Assembly: GCA_051294905.1 (NCBI GenBank)
Contig: CM119372.1
Span: 19,902,001 to 19,966,000 of the forward strand
Source: Botryllus schlosseri
Lineage: Eukaryota
DNA: 64,000 bases
Reading direction: 5' to 3'
In this document: piece by piece, positions 39,101 through 47,454 of the stretch
Numbering within the stretch: position 1 is the first letter of the stretch
How the letters are laid out: every line of letters starts with the position of its first letter
The notes under the pieces: model-generated
What the model was told of the DNA's origin: nothing
Database searches by the model: none
Seen by the model: the letters and a program-made list of their open reading frames with translations, nothing else
Position numbers and translations under genes: made by a program

Positions 39101-42100
39101 CTTAAATAATTTCGCGCTAGTCGCGATGATGCACACTGCTATTTCAAAATTAGTCACCTCCGATTAACTTCTAAAAGTATGTCACCGTCCGACAGGATCT
39201 ACTTTCTGAAGATTCTTCCTCCTGTACTATTCATATCTTTATTTGCTATGTCCATTTGAAAGTAGTTTTGGCAAGTCTTAGAAATCGTTACTGCTATACA
39301 TGTAGCTAAGAAGAAATTTACGGAGTAACTTCTATTTCTACTTGAGTAACAACGAATACTATTTTACCACATCTGCCTTCAAGTAACAACACACACTGTA
39401 CGTACACAATACGTGATATCACCTGTGTCGATATTCTGTTTGCTAGAGCCTGGAATTCCGGTGACAAAACATCCTGCAAAGCTGCGGCTTGATTCCGAAT
39501 GTCGTTTTTGTAAGTAAGTTCAAAAACGATCGCCATCTAATTGAAAAAATGAATCGAAAGGATTGGCATTTGAATAATAGTCGGAGGCTTCAAGGTATCG
39601 GGATTTTCTTGTGCATCATCTCTGGAGTATGACGCTCGAATACTTTCTCAGTATTCAGGTCGCCTAGAAATAATATCTATAGCCTACAAGAGTAAACAGC
39701 AAGAGGTCGCGCAATTTATCATAAATAGGCCTGACCTGATACAGTAATTGTTGCGACTTGCGAGTCAGTCGCATTATCATTGCATGTCGTCAAAACGCAG
39801 ACACGTTTATAGCCTGATTTTTACCAGATCAGTCAATGCTTTTATTCAATCACGAGTGATGTTTTGTAAGGGACAAAGTGCTTCTGTGCCTCGAAACCGC
39901 ACTAACGTGACCGCATCAAGTAATTATGAGGAACGGGTTTGAAACAAATAAAATCCTCGCTTGCTAGGCTCAAGTTAAACAAAAGGAAGTGCATTAGCAA
40001 TTGGTATATGCCCTATTCCAGTCCTCGATCGCTCAATTTGGGGAAATACATATAGTGGGTTTCGTGAGAATCCCTAAAAGTTTCTTGAACTTGAACTCGA
40101 AATCTGAAATCATCCGACGTGACGCTCATACTAATACTTCCTGTCAAAGCGATTTCTAAATAAAGATAAGCTCAATATTCAGAGTACCATTAGTGTCATA
40201 CGAAACATGTCCCTCATGAAAATGTGTCTGGAGAGAAATGTCCTAACATGATTATAACAACCTGTTGGAAAAATTCTACGACAGTCATTTATTCGCACCC
40301 AGTATTCTTAGCTGGTCAAAAAATCTCAGGAGACCAGGAACAATTTTGCACCCCGGGACCAAACTCCTTTGCGGTTTCATCCGACTTTCTAATTCTGCTA
40401 CTGCGAGGGAAAATAGCCCCATGACCTGATTCTGTAGCCCGTTTCGGGGCCAAGAGCCTGGCAGTTGCGGAAACAAGCTATAATGTACTGTAGCGATGTA
40501 TTTGGCGATACAAGGTGTATCTCAGTTTGACGTAAAACTTCCTTTCTATGCAGCCACCTTGATGCAGTGATTGACAGAAAGTTGAAATACAATTATTTAT
40601 GATAAAGATTATTGCGATTACTTTAGAATTGTGATATTTCACAAAAAAAATCCCCGTACAGAACCTTCCAAGGTTCTTTTGCGAACGCGAACCGAACATT
40701 CGCACTATCCGTAACAGATTAGGTATGACACACCATTATATACATACGTAATAATGTATATAGATAAGCATAATACCTCTTGACCAACAGGATCATCACC
40801 GAGTTGCACATTGAGATCTGGAAATAATGTTGAAAATATATGCATTATAGACCGAGTACAACGTAGAACAGCGGTTCTCAACCGTTTCAGCTTGTGGACC
40901 AGTAAAATTCCATAAATCATAATTAGCCCGGAATGTTATCACGACGATACAAAGAATTGGAACTTTGCTTGAATAAGAAATGTGCCGCTGTCTTTTGGAT
41001 ATTGTACCTGTTTTGCGTGATTTTATAGAAGTTTGCGCAAGGCAAAGTCCTTGAAAACCACCAACTCGTTCTGGACTATTGGGCCACTTAGAAAAAAAGC
41101 GATTTCGCTGTTTGCTAGTTCTATTATACTGTAAAGTGTCGCTGAATCCTACTACCGTACGGCGTCAAATATTGTTTAAAAATATTCTTACTGCCCAAAT
41201 ATCACTGGTCTTAAACGAATTATAAGCTACTCTTAAACAATTTCATACGACGCTTGTAGCATTTTGACGCAGGATAAGTCGAAAATGGACGATATGTAAG
41301 TGTTCTAAATTACATTCTAAATATTTAAATCAGATTAAAATGTGGCACCGGTGCCCGCACTACCACGGAGAAGCACTGGCTATACGGAGACGCACTCGGC
41401 TCACCGCAATCGGCAATAAATAACAAGCTTACCCGTCAGTGCGATTATATTCGATTTCCCGATCCGGGAGTTGTTGACCATACTTCGCAGATTTTGCGTG
41501 ATTTCATCGGTCGAGACGGTGTAATGAAGTGGAATGCTCACGGAAACTTCGGCCTTCGTAGATCCGGGGATGAAGGTGAGCACCCTCACCTCCACATCGG
41601 AATCAACGATTTCAAGGTTGCGTGCAAGTTCCCTTGTCAACTGTAATAAAGCAAGGGTATATTAGAAGATCTCGTGGTGCCGAAGTCAGCCAATGCCTAT
41701 AGGTTTGTAAGCTCGAAATCACATCTTCATTCTATCGTCACAAAATGTGGCATAGGAGTGGATGCTGCTCAACTCGGGAGCAATTGGAAAATTCCGGAAA
41801 TAAGAGAGTCACAATACCATTCTAAATCACCGAATTTAAATTGAATCGGAATAAGTTTGAATTTCAGTGTGTAAACAGTAAACACCATTTGTGCTCGATG
41901 TCACGATATATTTCCCTCGATCTAAAATACAATGGCATCATTAATTACAAGTGCGGAATCCTAACGAAAAGTGAATTATCTGGGATGTCTATATATGTGG
42001 AAGAATTGTTTTGTTCAGCTACAACCTATATGCGCACGAATCAAAGTAAATCTCACCTGCAGGCTTCATATGCAAGAATGCAGCACTAAATTTTCCTATA

Positions 42101-45100
42101 TAATATAAGTGACGTTTGGGGTAAGTGTGGGGTGGTGATAATTTGACTACCTGGATCGTATATGCGCATGGCCCAGTGCGCGCGAATCAAAGTAAATCCA
42201 ACATGTCTTACCACTTTCACCACTTTTTTTTCTTCCTTGCGAAATGCCGGAGACGTCGGGTCAAGCCACTTCGCGTTGAACTTTTTATCGTAGATAATCT
42301 CATAGTATGCGAGAAGGTATTCGGCTAAGAAAATGAAGAAACATATTACATCTCATTCGTAACTGTTTCCTCCAGCTTGAAACTTCACCGCTTCTGAGCT
42401 TCGCTAAAACTTACGCCAGACACTTTCGCAGATGTAGTGACGTTGATGGTGTTGCATCAGTATCAATTACTGATTTACCCGCTCTTGAAGAATAGTAACA
42501 TACCGACGGCTTATATAATACGATTAGGGTTGCATTTAAAACAAAAATCAATTTAATATTCAATTGTGACGACATGTTGGATTGACATTGATAAATGAGA
42601 ATATAGGGTAAATATAGCTACTTTGACAAAATATCTGTACTATTGCTGTTGAACCGACAGTTTCGAGGGTTCCAACGATCCCATATCGATATACGTCCGC
42701 TTTATCGGGTGGTTATTGTCCGTATGCTCATACAACATGCTTTTTGGAAAGTATTTACACAAATAAGGCATAATTTTACAACTAAAAAAACACTAGTTTG
42801 TTTATTTAAATGCCTTTGTTTAAAACACTGTTTAAAACATGTCTTAAACAGAGCGTTTTAAAACACCGTTTGTAAATACGATGCGGTCGATTGTAGGCTG
42901 TATCGAAGCCAATGTTATGGTTGAAATAGGATACTTTTTCATGCTGGCATATAATGATATCGGAGCCCCTGGATCCCTGTTCTATTTTAATGACATATGG
43001 GCAGACATGATTAAAGTAGTCATCGTTGGTACTCAAGTAAAGTAACTTTGTACATTTCTACCCACGTATTATATAAACTAAATACTGTCAAGTAGAAGTG
43101 GTAATAGTCATAAATCATAACCACGAGTACCCCGAAAAATTTGAAGCACTTCCCTATTGCCCACTGCTGCATATAGGCGATATTGACTTGAGACTTATTC
43201 CCAAATCCCAATCTAATCGAATCTACGTTTTGCGTCAACAACATCACATTTTGACCCTGACTGTATCATTCGTTGGCTGCTCGTTAGTTGAAACATGCCA
43301 TTCCCCGACTGCGAATTGGATTGGCTTCTTATGACTATGGTCAATGTATTTACACTCGAAAAGGTTTTTAACTACTAAAACAACTGTGATGCTCGTCCAA
43401 TTTTAGGTCTCATTCATTCATCCGTTGGGTTTTCCGATACACGAATGTAGAAATAAAATTCCCTTGACGTTACGAAATCGCTTTAATGTATAGACTCCAA
43501 CGGGACTGCATATACCTGCATAATTCGAAGCATGCAATGGAATAGAAGTGCATAAAGTACATTCAATTACCCACATATGTTACTACCCATACCCATAGGT
43601 CTAATCGATAGAACTCACCATTGCCGTATATGTCGGGCTGAAAATGAAGATCGCGTATATCAACAAAGTAGCTAACAACATGACAACATCGAAAGTTATC
43701 GGACAGACGTTATCGCGCATTTCTGCGGGAAAACTATAATACTTTTGATATTTTGTTTTGTTTACCCAGTGTTGGGATCAAGTCACTACCTTTAAGTCAC
43801 GAGTCATCTCGAGTCAATTCAAGTCAAGTCAAGTCACGAGTCAAGTTATAATTTAAGTCAAGTTGATTTTTATGAAGTACGAGGCATAATTACGTCATTG
43901 CATTTCGATGGCAGTTTGAAAGTCGCCGGTTATTTTGAGTCGAAATACGAATATAGAGTTAAATCAATCCGAATACATGCAAGACTAGCCATTTTTCTCG
44001 ACATTGTTACTTGATGACTTGAAATTGACTCGTAAATTTCGCTCCAAGTCACCAGTCAATCCACATTTCTGAAACGCCGGGTCAAGTCAAGTCATTTTTG
44101 CAAAGTGACTCGAGTCTAGTCAAGTCACACGAAACAAAGTGACTCGAGTCATCCCAACACTGGGTTTACCACATAGATTATTAAGATCGAAGCCATATCA
44201 TAGAAAGGGGAAGCACGTAAAAGAAAAATGTGACCAAGTCGAGCTTTCTACTTTTCAAGGCACCGCCCAGGAGATCGCCAATAGCAATATAAAACTATGG
44301 CGCCATACTATCAGAGCGCAGCAAAACGCATAGTTGCTATAGCGCATTTCCAGCAGGTTAGACAAACTAACCAATTCAATTCTGGACCAGACCGTGGGAA
44401 AACCAGAATAACCGCCTATGCTAAAGTTCCTCGTTTCTCCAGTATTTACGCTAGCCGTATAATATTATTTTCTTTATTTATACAGTAAAACTGGTAAATA
44501 TACACACAATCCGGGGGCAACCTGCCCGCTGAGGAAGTGCCGAGATTAAAGTAAACTTTTTTACATTTCAGTTATAAATTCAAATTGTTATTTATATGCA
44601 ATACATAATGGGAATTGCGGAAGTTGACTAATTGGCAATGGTTCTAGTTTTTTTTTGCTCGTTTGATTTTGGTCATGATATCCGGACGGTTACTCCTGCT
44701 TAGGCGTTCCGTTGAGAGTGGAATTAGTAGTAGCAGTGGTAGTAGTAGTGGAAATCGGAGCGGTGCTCATATACCCCAGAGTAACTAAATAAACTTTTTA
44801 CAACATATTATGAACTCATAGCAACCGCGGTCGGCATTTGAGGTAACGAAAGTAAATAGCGAAGGATGAGCGGGACATGTAACTCATTACAATAAGTTAT
44901 TAAAAACGAAATGCGGAATTCATATTGAATGCATGATGTTGTGAAGTGATCGGCTGTAGCGATGACGCTTCATTCGTCGCAGATCTGGGAGTCCAAACAG
45001 CTTATTCTAAATATATGACATGCTATGACTCAGCATGCCGCCCGTAGTGGTCATCCGTATTCTCCAAGCTGAATTAAGTTCCAGAGTATTTGATAACAGA

Positions 45101-45428
45101 AGGTATTTACAGATCATGGTGAACCAGTCCATTATAGATGATAAGCATCACTTAAACTTTTTACAATACTAATAGTAATAATGACCGTGGTCGGAGAGCC
45201 GCGTATGTATCGTACAGTGACCTATTTACTTACTTCGTAATCTGTATAATCATCTCCGATGTAGTCAGAAGCCATCACACCTACATTACAATCAAAAATT
45301 GAAATACAAATCTGAAGAATAGGACTAATATTTTGCCAACCTGAGTCCCTCCTTCTTTTCACAGTGCCACACCGCCCGGACGGGATCGTCGCTACCATCA
45401 GGCACACAGCAAGTGCAAGCGACAGCAT
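11828..45428 (-). CDS. Multi-exon gene for a predicted secreted mosaic protein: signal peptide - SEA x2 - acidic/Pro linker - CCP x2 - TSP1 x14 - VWA - acidic tail (about 1390+ aa)
   Basis: Manual splicing: 30 exons from 42324 to 11828 have canonical GT-AG boundaries and compatible phases, and sum to 4043 nt (2 nt + 1347 codons including TAG). Domain motifs were recognised in translation. The 5' boundary is tentative. Confidence 0.9.
12457..13335. mobile_element. hAT-type family B copy 2 (opposite orientation, SINE-free)
   Basis: Ends TGGGGCGGTTT / AAACCGCCCTA; TSD CTTATTAG / GTTATTAG (7/8). Confidence 0.88.
13645..13775 (-). CDS. VWA domain exon 3 (TDG motif)
   Basis: ggtag|(G)MRSFPEKDDNIEHEILIATDGCRTSDLFRLQEGLADIKKRGIK|gtaagc. 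Confidence 0.95.
14382..14604 (-). CDS. VWA domain exon 2
   Basis: tttcag|SVARNIKGGVGIQESQIAMTSFALYSRMQFDFDDHSTVDDVESAIDKSYFVGGYRSRIGLALTEANIWLFQQSA|gtaagt. Confidence 0.95.
15246..15409 (-). CDS. VWA domain exon 1 (MIDAS DxSxS)
   Basis: CEGSSVYFEELVCRFVGTVLGYKRRPSMRDLLLIADESGSIGRINFDKIKSNFK|gtaagt; phase 1 to 0. Confidence 0.95.
15468..15608 (-). CDS. TSP1 repeat exon 14
   Basis: CIDCVVEWTEWSGCFGGVQSRRQTVTVRSEGAGEPCPSEALPYEEK|gtatga. The ORF track shows the wrong frame. Confidence 0.95.
16030..16164 (-). CDS. TSP1 repeat exon 13
   Basis: CVDCVMEWGPWSECAEGQRQKSQVEIIARVGAGRECAPPQVEFE|gtaagt. Confidence 0.95.
16432..16592 (-). mobile_element. SINE subfamily 2, 3' fragment
   Basis: Matches 10107-10300 (CATTTACACCAGGC, GTAAGACACCGCTTAC, CTAGATAAACC). 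Confidence 0.75.
16728..16862 (-). CDS. TSP1 repeat exon 12
   Basis: CVDCVVEWRPWSLCDSGERTREQYVVVQPVGAGEACESLQLESE|gtgatt. Not in the ORF track. Confidence 0.95.
16920..17054 (-). CDS. TSP1 repeat exon 11
   Basis: CFHCESSWGDWGTCSNGIRERSLVISQQSVGAGDPCPQETTESE|gtaaaa. Confidence 0.95.
18089..18226 (-). CDS. TSP1 repeat exon 10
   Basis: CADCVVGWGAWGECSQGERIRQQEIVEDSIGAGLACPELLQVEVE|gtaatt. Confidence 0.95.
18586..18880 (+). mobile_element. tRNA-derived SINE, subfamily 1
   Basis: B box GGTTCGAGTCT at 18625-18635, core GGAGGTTTATCTGGGCTCCTC, purine-rich middle, AATAAAACAAACAAAC tail. Confidence 0.8.
18912..19060 (-). mobile_element. SINE subfamily 2, 3' fragment
   Basis: TTGTTTGTTTGGTGGTATTCACGGTG... 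similar to 10107-10250. Confidence 0.6.
19816..19947 (-). CDS. TSP1 repeat exon 9
   Basis: CSDCAVEWGNWSACENNMIKRTQFVKDPGSGGEPCPDLGEEMD|gtaagt. Confidence 0.95.
20008..20130 (-). CDS. TSP1 repeat exon 8
   Basis: CCFLFWGEWSKCVDGQRERSEQVLTQPEGETCRVPEVEFE|gtatat. Confidence 0.9.
20933..22511. mobile_element. hAT-type element with (CAATTA)n subterminal arrays
   Basis: Ends CAGAGTTGGATCAATT / AATTGATCCAACTCAG; TSD ATGCAATC / TTGCAATC (7/8). Confidence 0.85.
22607..22741 (-). CDS. TSP1 repeat exon 7
   Basis: CADCVYGWSDWSECDFGGSTRTLIKQSEPVGSGKACPSQTTEKK|gtaggt. Confidence 0.95.
22809..22940 (-). CDS. TSP1 repeat exon 6
   Basis: CAVCVLGWAEWSECDGTERTRRQRIIQQPVQEDPCPPLEEESE|gtgctt. Confidence 0.95.
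23336..24625. mobile_element. hAT-type family C copy 2, nested in an older related element (about 23010-25119)
   Basis: Ends CAGAGGTGACC / TGACCACCTCTG; TSD GCAAAGAT / GCAAATAT (7/8). Confidence 0.88.
25142..25276 (-). CDS. TSP1 repeat exon 5
   Basis: CVDCELEWGDWESCIDGLSRRVQFVAVEKEGAGEECEAPQDDYR|gtatga. Confidence 0.95.
25835..26649. mobile_element. Buster/Charlie-type hAT MITE
   Basis: TIR CAGGGGTGTCAAAC / GTTTGACACTACTG, GCGGCCCGCGGGCCG motif; TSD CTATAGTG / CTGTAGTG. Confidence 0.88.
26943..27077 (-). CDS. TSP1 repeat exon 4
   Basis: CAHCVVEWSQWSGCKDGLRTRQQVVATPQVGNGDACPPLQQESE|gtatgg. Confidence 0.95.
27452..27491. mobile_element. 40-bp minimal hAT-like element
   Basis: 13-bp perfect TIR CAGGGATATCTAG, 14-bp spacer, perfect TSD GTATTATA. 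Confidence 0.8.
28135..28272 (-). CDS. TSP1 repeat exon 3
   Basis: CTPCEVGLGEWSACNGSLSIRSQIITKEATNGGTPCPSELREETT|gtaag. An alternative in-frame acceptor at 28287 adds 5 aa. Not in the ORF track. Confidence 0.9.
28691..28825 (-). CDS. TSP1 repeat exon 2
   Basis: CIDCALEWGDWSECSDGTRIRIQTITQPRVGAGLECPELDAQTQ; aag|...|gtgag. Confidence 0.95.
29815..29937 (-). CDS. TSP1 repeat exon 1
   Basis: PIDCEEEYEEWSECSGGSRSRNEVIVRRGSTSTTCPALEE; cag|...|gtgag. Confidence 0.9.
30998..32339. mobile_element. hAT-type element (1342 bp)
   Basis: TIR CAATGTTCCCTCTAA / TTAGAGGGAACATTG; TSD GGCACAGT / GGCGCAGT. Confidence 0.85.
32862..33044 (-). CDS. CCP/sushi domain 2
   Basis: cgattcag|(x)VFCQPPVHSILDGKYDCSNANHVRSTCAFECDDGFRLVGADRITCARTELWTADQPTCEL|gtaatt. 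Confidence 0.95.
33756..35337. mobile_element. Buster-type hAT element (1582 bp) in the CCP1-CCP2 intron
   Basis: TIR CAGTGGTTCTCAAC / GTTCAGAACCGCTG; perfect TSD CTCTAGAA. Confidence 0.88.
34878..34898 (-). CDS. Possible 21-nt microexon (PRVIRFT) inside a hAT element
   Basis: attctttctcag|CCCGTGTGATCCGTTTCACAG|gtaggg; phase 1-1 and frame-preserving, but not required for the reading frame. Confidence 0.3.
35364..35537 (-). CDS. CCP/sushi domain 1
   Basis: ccttcgcag|(G)NCGDFDTPRYGTVACSVETRLGSICFFTCNSDTKMIGTDTIECGINGRWNEDPPVCL|gtaagt. Carries the C..G.. C.F.C..G..C...G.W..PP.C pattern. Not in the ORF track. Confidence 0.95.
35594..35701 (-). CDS. Pro/Thr-rich (EPTPP x3) linker exon
   Basis: gttacag|(A)REEPTPPQPSRTVPKVAATEPTPPAIPGAAEPTPP|gtatac; phase 1-1. 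Confidence 0.85.
36445..37085. mobile_element. Degenerate family A fragment with nested MITE
   Basis: GAACGTGAACCT and GACGTCACGTGACGTCATATTGCTAATTCC blocks shared with 45672-46749. Confidence 0.65.
36685..36983. mobile_element. Buster-type hAT MITE (299 bp)
   Basis: TIR CAGGGGTTCTCAACC / GGTTGAGAACCACTG; perfect TSD CACTAACG. Confidence 0.92.
37693..37779 (-). CDS. Acidic linker exon
   Basis: atattctag|(D)DNGTIIEEEVMSDKIDGNLPVPDVTDPP|gtaatc; phase 1-1. Confidence 0.8.
37853..37912 (-). CDS. Acidic Tyr-rich linker exon
   Basis: tttttcag|(G)ADLDYYREDYGPEEGAEGR|gtatgg; 60 nt, phase 1-1. Confidence 0.75.
38324..38377 (-). CDS. Linker exon
   Basis: gtgacag|(D)ELNRVPVAVGSGGGPFD|gtaagt; 54 nt, phase 1-1. 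Confidence 0.75.
38493..38652 (-). CDS. SEA-like domain 2, exon c
   Basis: gtttgcgcag|IDTTVLKISSEGRFTKAEIEVYVAGVDVDILAESLSAMMEIDLRIDGGRIVGI|gtttga. TKAEI parallels TKAEV of SEA1. Confidence 0.85.
38720..38782 (-). CDS. SEA-like domain 2, exon b
   Basis: cttttcag|FEILLADPLYTYGLISLTPDQ|gttgtt; 63 nt, phase 0-0. Confidence 0.8.
39423..39536 (-). CDS. SEA-like domain 2, exon a
   Basis: ttcaattag|MAIVFELTYKNDIRNQAAALQDVLSPEFQALANRISTQ|gtgata. The LQDVLSPEF motif parallels SEA1. Confidence 0.85.
40777..40817 (-). CDS. Short linker exon between SEA domains
   Basis: atttccag|(D)LNVQLGDDPVGQE|gtatta. It supplies exactly the phase 1 to 0 change needed between the flanking exons. Confidence 0.7.
41433..41640 (-). 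CDS. SEA-like domain 1, C-terminal half
   Basis: ttacag|LTRELARNLEIVDSDVEVRVLTFIPGSTKAEVSVSIPLHYTVSTDEITQNLRSMVNNSRIGKSNIIALT|gtaagc. F-x-x-G-S motif; phase 0 to 1. Confidence 0.9.
42212..42324 (-). CDS. SEA-like domain 1, N-terminal half
   Basis: ttcttag|xEYLLAYYEIIYDKKFNAKWLDPTSPAFRKEEKKVVKV|gtaaga. The LDPTSPAF motif matches the SEA L-D-x-x-S-x-x-F helix start. Phase 1 to 0. Confidence 0.85.
42525..42870. mobile_element. hAT-type family J (TAGGGTTGCATT), truncated
   Basis: One TIR; body is the reverse complement of 54486-54907. Confidence 0.7.
43767..44162. mobile_element. hAT-type MITE with GACTCGAGTC/CAAGT motifs
   Basis: TIR CAGTGTTGGGAT / ATCCCAACACTG; TSD TGTTTACC / GGTTTACC. Related fragments near 3414, 33060, 46150 and 58420. 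Confidence 0.88.
45234..45280 (-). CDS. Probable second exon, acidic and Tyr-rich
   Basis: After a 60-nt intron ending TAATGTAG: (G)VMASDYIGDDYTDYE, strong donor GAA|GTAAGT (phase 0). Confidence 0.5.
45341..45428 (-). CDS. Probable first coding exon (signal peptide + basic KRRR site)
   Basis: ATG at 45428 gives MLSLALAVCLMVATIPSGRCGTVKRRRDS, with a hydrophobic core; donor G|GTTGGC. Confidence 0.55.
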
Positions 45429-45671
45429 ATCGGCTAGACCTACTGTTAGAAATTTGCTGTCACAGGAATTCGAAAGGATATACGTCAAGTTGTATGGTGT
45501 ACATATCCCATCATTTGTCAGCACGAAATACCCTCTTAGTGTTCTAGGGCTGGGGACCATGATTCCAGTACGCGGATACGAATTGAGCATTAATTGTCAT
45601 GATTCGAGTAGTGAGGGGAGATCCCCCCCTTCCATTATATCAACGAGAGTTATAGTTTCTATACTATTAGT

Positions 45672-46749
45672 TAGGGATGGTGTGAACCTCTGAAAGGTTC
45701 AGGTTCGTGTGAACGCGAACCTTTTTGAAAGGTTCTGTGTGAACACGAACGTGAACCTCATGACGTCACGTGACGTCATATTGCTAATTCCAATCATATC
45801 CTTCAATGAAATGATAGCCTATAATAATGTACACGATACCTAGAGACGACTCGGGCAACATAATGTCACAATGCTGAAGTTTATATCAACTGGGGCAATC
45901 AAATTGATATAATAATCCCTTAAAATCAATAATCCCATAAAATCAATATCTTCCGCCACTTTGCCAACAATTTCGACGAAGACTTCCCTGGGAATATATG
46001 GAAAGGAAAGTTTATTTTTGTCCTTGATGTTTTTGCGGCATATACACCGAATCATGATATACATACACACGATCTGCGCATATGCATACCATGAGTATAT
46101 GATGTGCATATGCCGCCGGGCAAGGAAGATGCAGATATAGCCTTGGAACAGTGTTGGGACGACTCGAGTCATGTCTTGACTCGAGTCATGTCTAGACTCG
46201 ATATTACCCCATTAACAAGTCCTACAGCAGTAGCCAACACCTCACGCACCGATTTGGTTTTAATGATACAGTAAACATGAAGTCAAGATTGACCCCGCAC
46301 GCCTGCTAGGTTTTTTACATCAGAAAATGATATCAATCTCTTTGATTGGTTGAATAAGCATAATTCGCTGACTACATAGTTTATTTCGCTCGTAATGTTT
46401 TGCGATTGCGGGTCAAGCTCGTAGAAGAGAGTCACTAAATATTTACAAACGAAAAGCTGCATCTTTCGAGCAAACTTTTGCAACAAAGCAAGTAAAGCTT
46501 TTAAGATTGTCAAGGTGCATGCTCGTTTAGGGTTGATGTTTTTATGCTACCAGTGCCATGCATAGAGTGGCCTGCACTTGAAATACAATAAATTCAAACC
46601 AACGATGTTATAATGAAGTGAAAATCGTAATATATGGAAAGGGTTCACAGTGCAGAACCTACCAAGGTTCTGTTGTGAACGCGAACCTCTAAATTTCCGA
46701 GGTTCACAAACAGAACGCGAACGTGAACCTCTCTTTCACACCATCCCTA
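45672..46749. mobile_element. hAT-type family A, full copy just upstream of the gene's ATG
   Basis: TIR TAGGGATGGTGTGAA at both ends; perfect TSD CTATTAGT. Confidence 0.93.
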
Positions 46750-47454
46750 CTATTAGTCTATGAAATCTTGATTAATAGTATCACAACATCCAACACATAT
46801 ATCACAAAGCTACGCCACTTTACAGACATTTTTGTGGAGTCTTTATCAACCAGCAGCATGAGTGAAATGAAATGGGTATGATCGAAAAAATATCAAATTA
46901 TAGTCAATGTGGTCGAGAACTGGCATTGTTTACTTTTTGGTCGCATATTTCAACTTCCGCATACGTCATACCGTCATGACGTAACCATGAATCATACTCG
47001 GATAGCAATCAACTCGACTCGAAGCCTACACTCGATCCGGCATAGAATCACGCGGTGGGATGCTCGATATTTTTCCAGCCATATTACTAACAGACAACTG
47101 ATACGTCCCATTACAACACTTTTAACTTAGCGAGGCCGGAACGCTAGGAAAGTAGCGTATTCAATTCATTCATTCATTCTCATTCATACAATCCATAATT
47201 CGCTTGTCAATTTTAACATTTCACAATATCGCTACAGCAAAATGACACTGCTCGAAATCGAACACGCACTAGTACTTGCTAAGCATCTGATCCGTTGCGA
47301 GGGAATCAGCCATCTATGGTTGATTAATACGATTCAACTTTCACCCACTATAACAGCGGTTCTTGAACAGGGGGCGTAAAATATAATAAGCATTCTGAGA
47401 GTAATGATGCATCCGGCACGTGGGAATCAACCGAGTTGTGCTTAAACTACACAG

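Noticed and set aside
44680-44790. Thr-rich minus-strand frame (STAPISTTTTTATTNST) as a mucin exon of the gene
   Set aside because: It is explained by an (ACT)n microsatellite, and its apparent phases (1 to 2) do not bridge exon 2 to the SEA1 exon.
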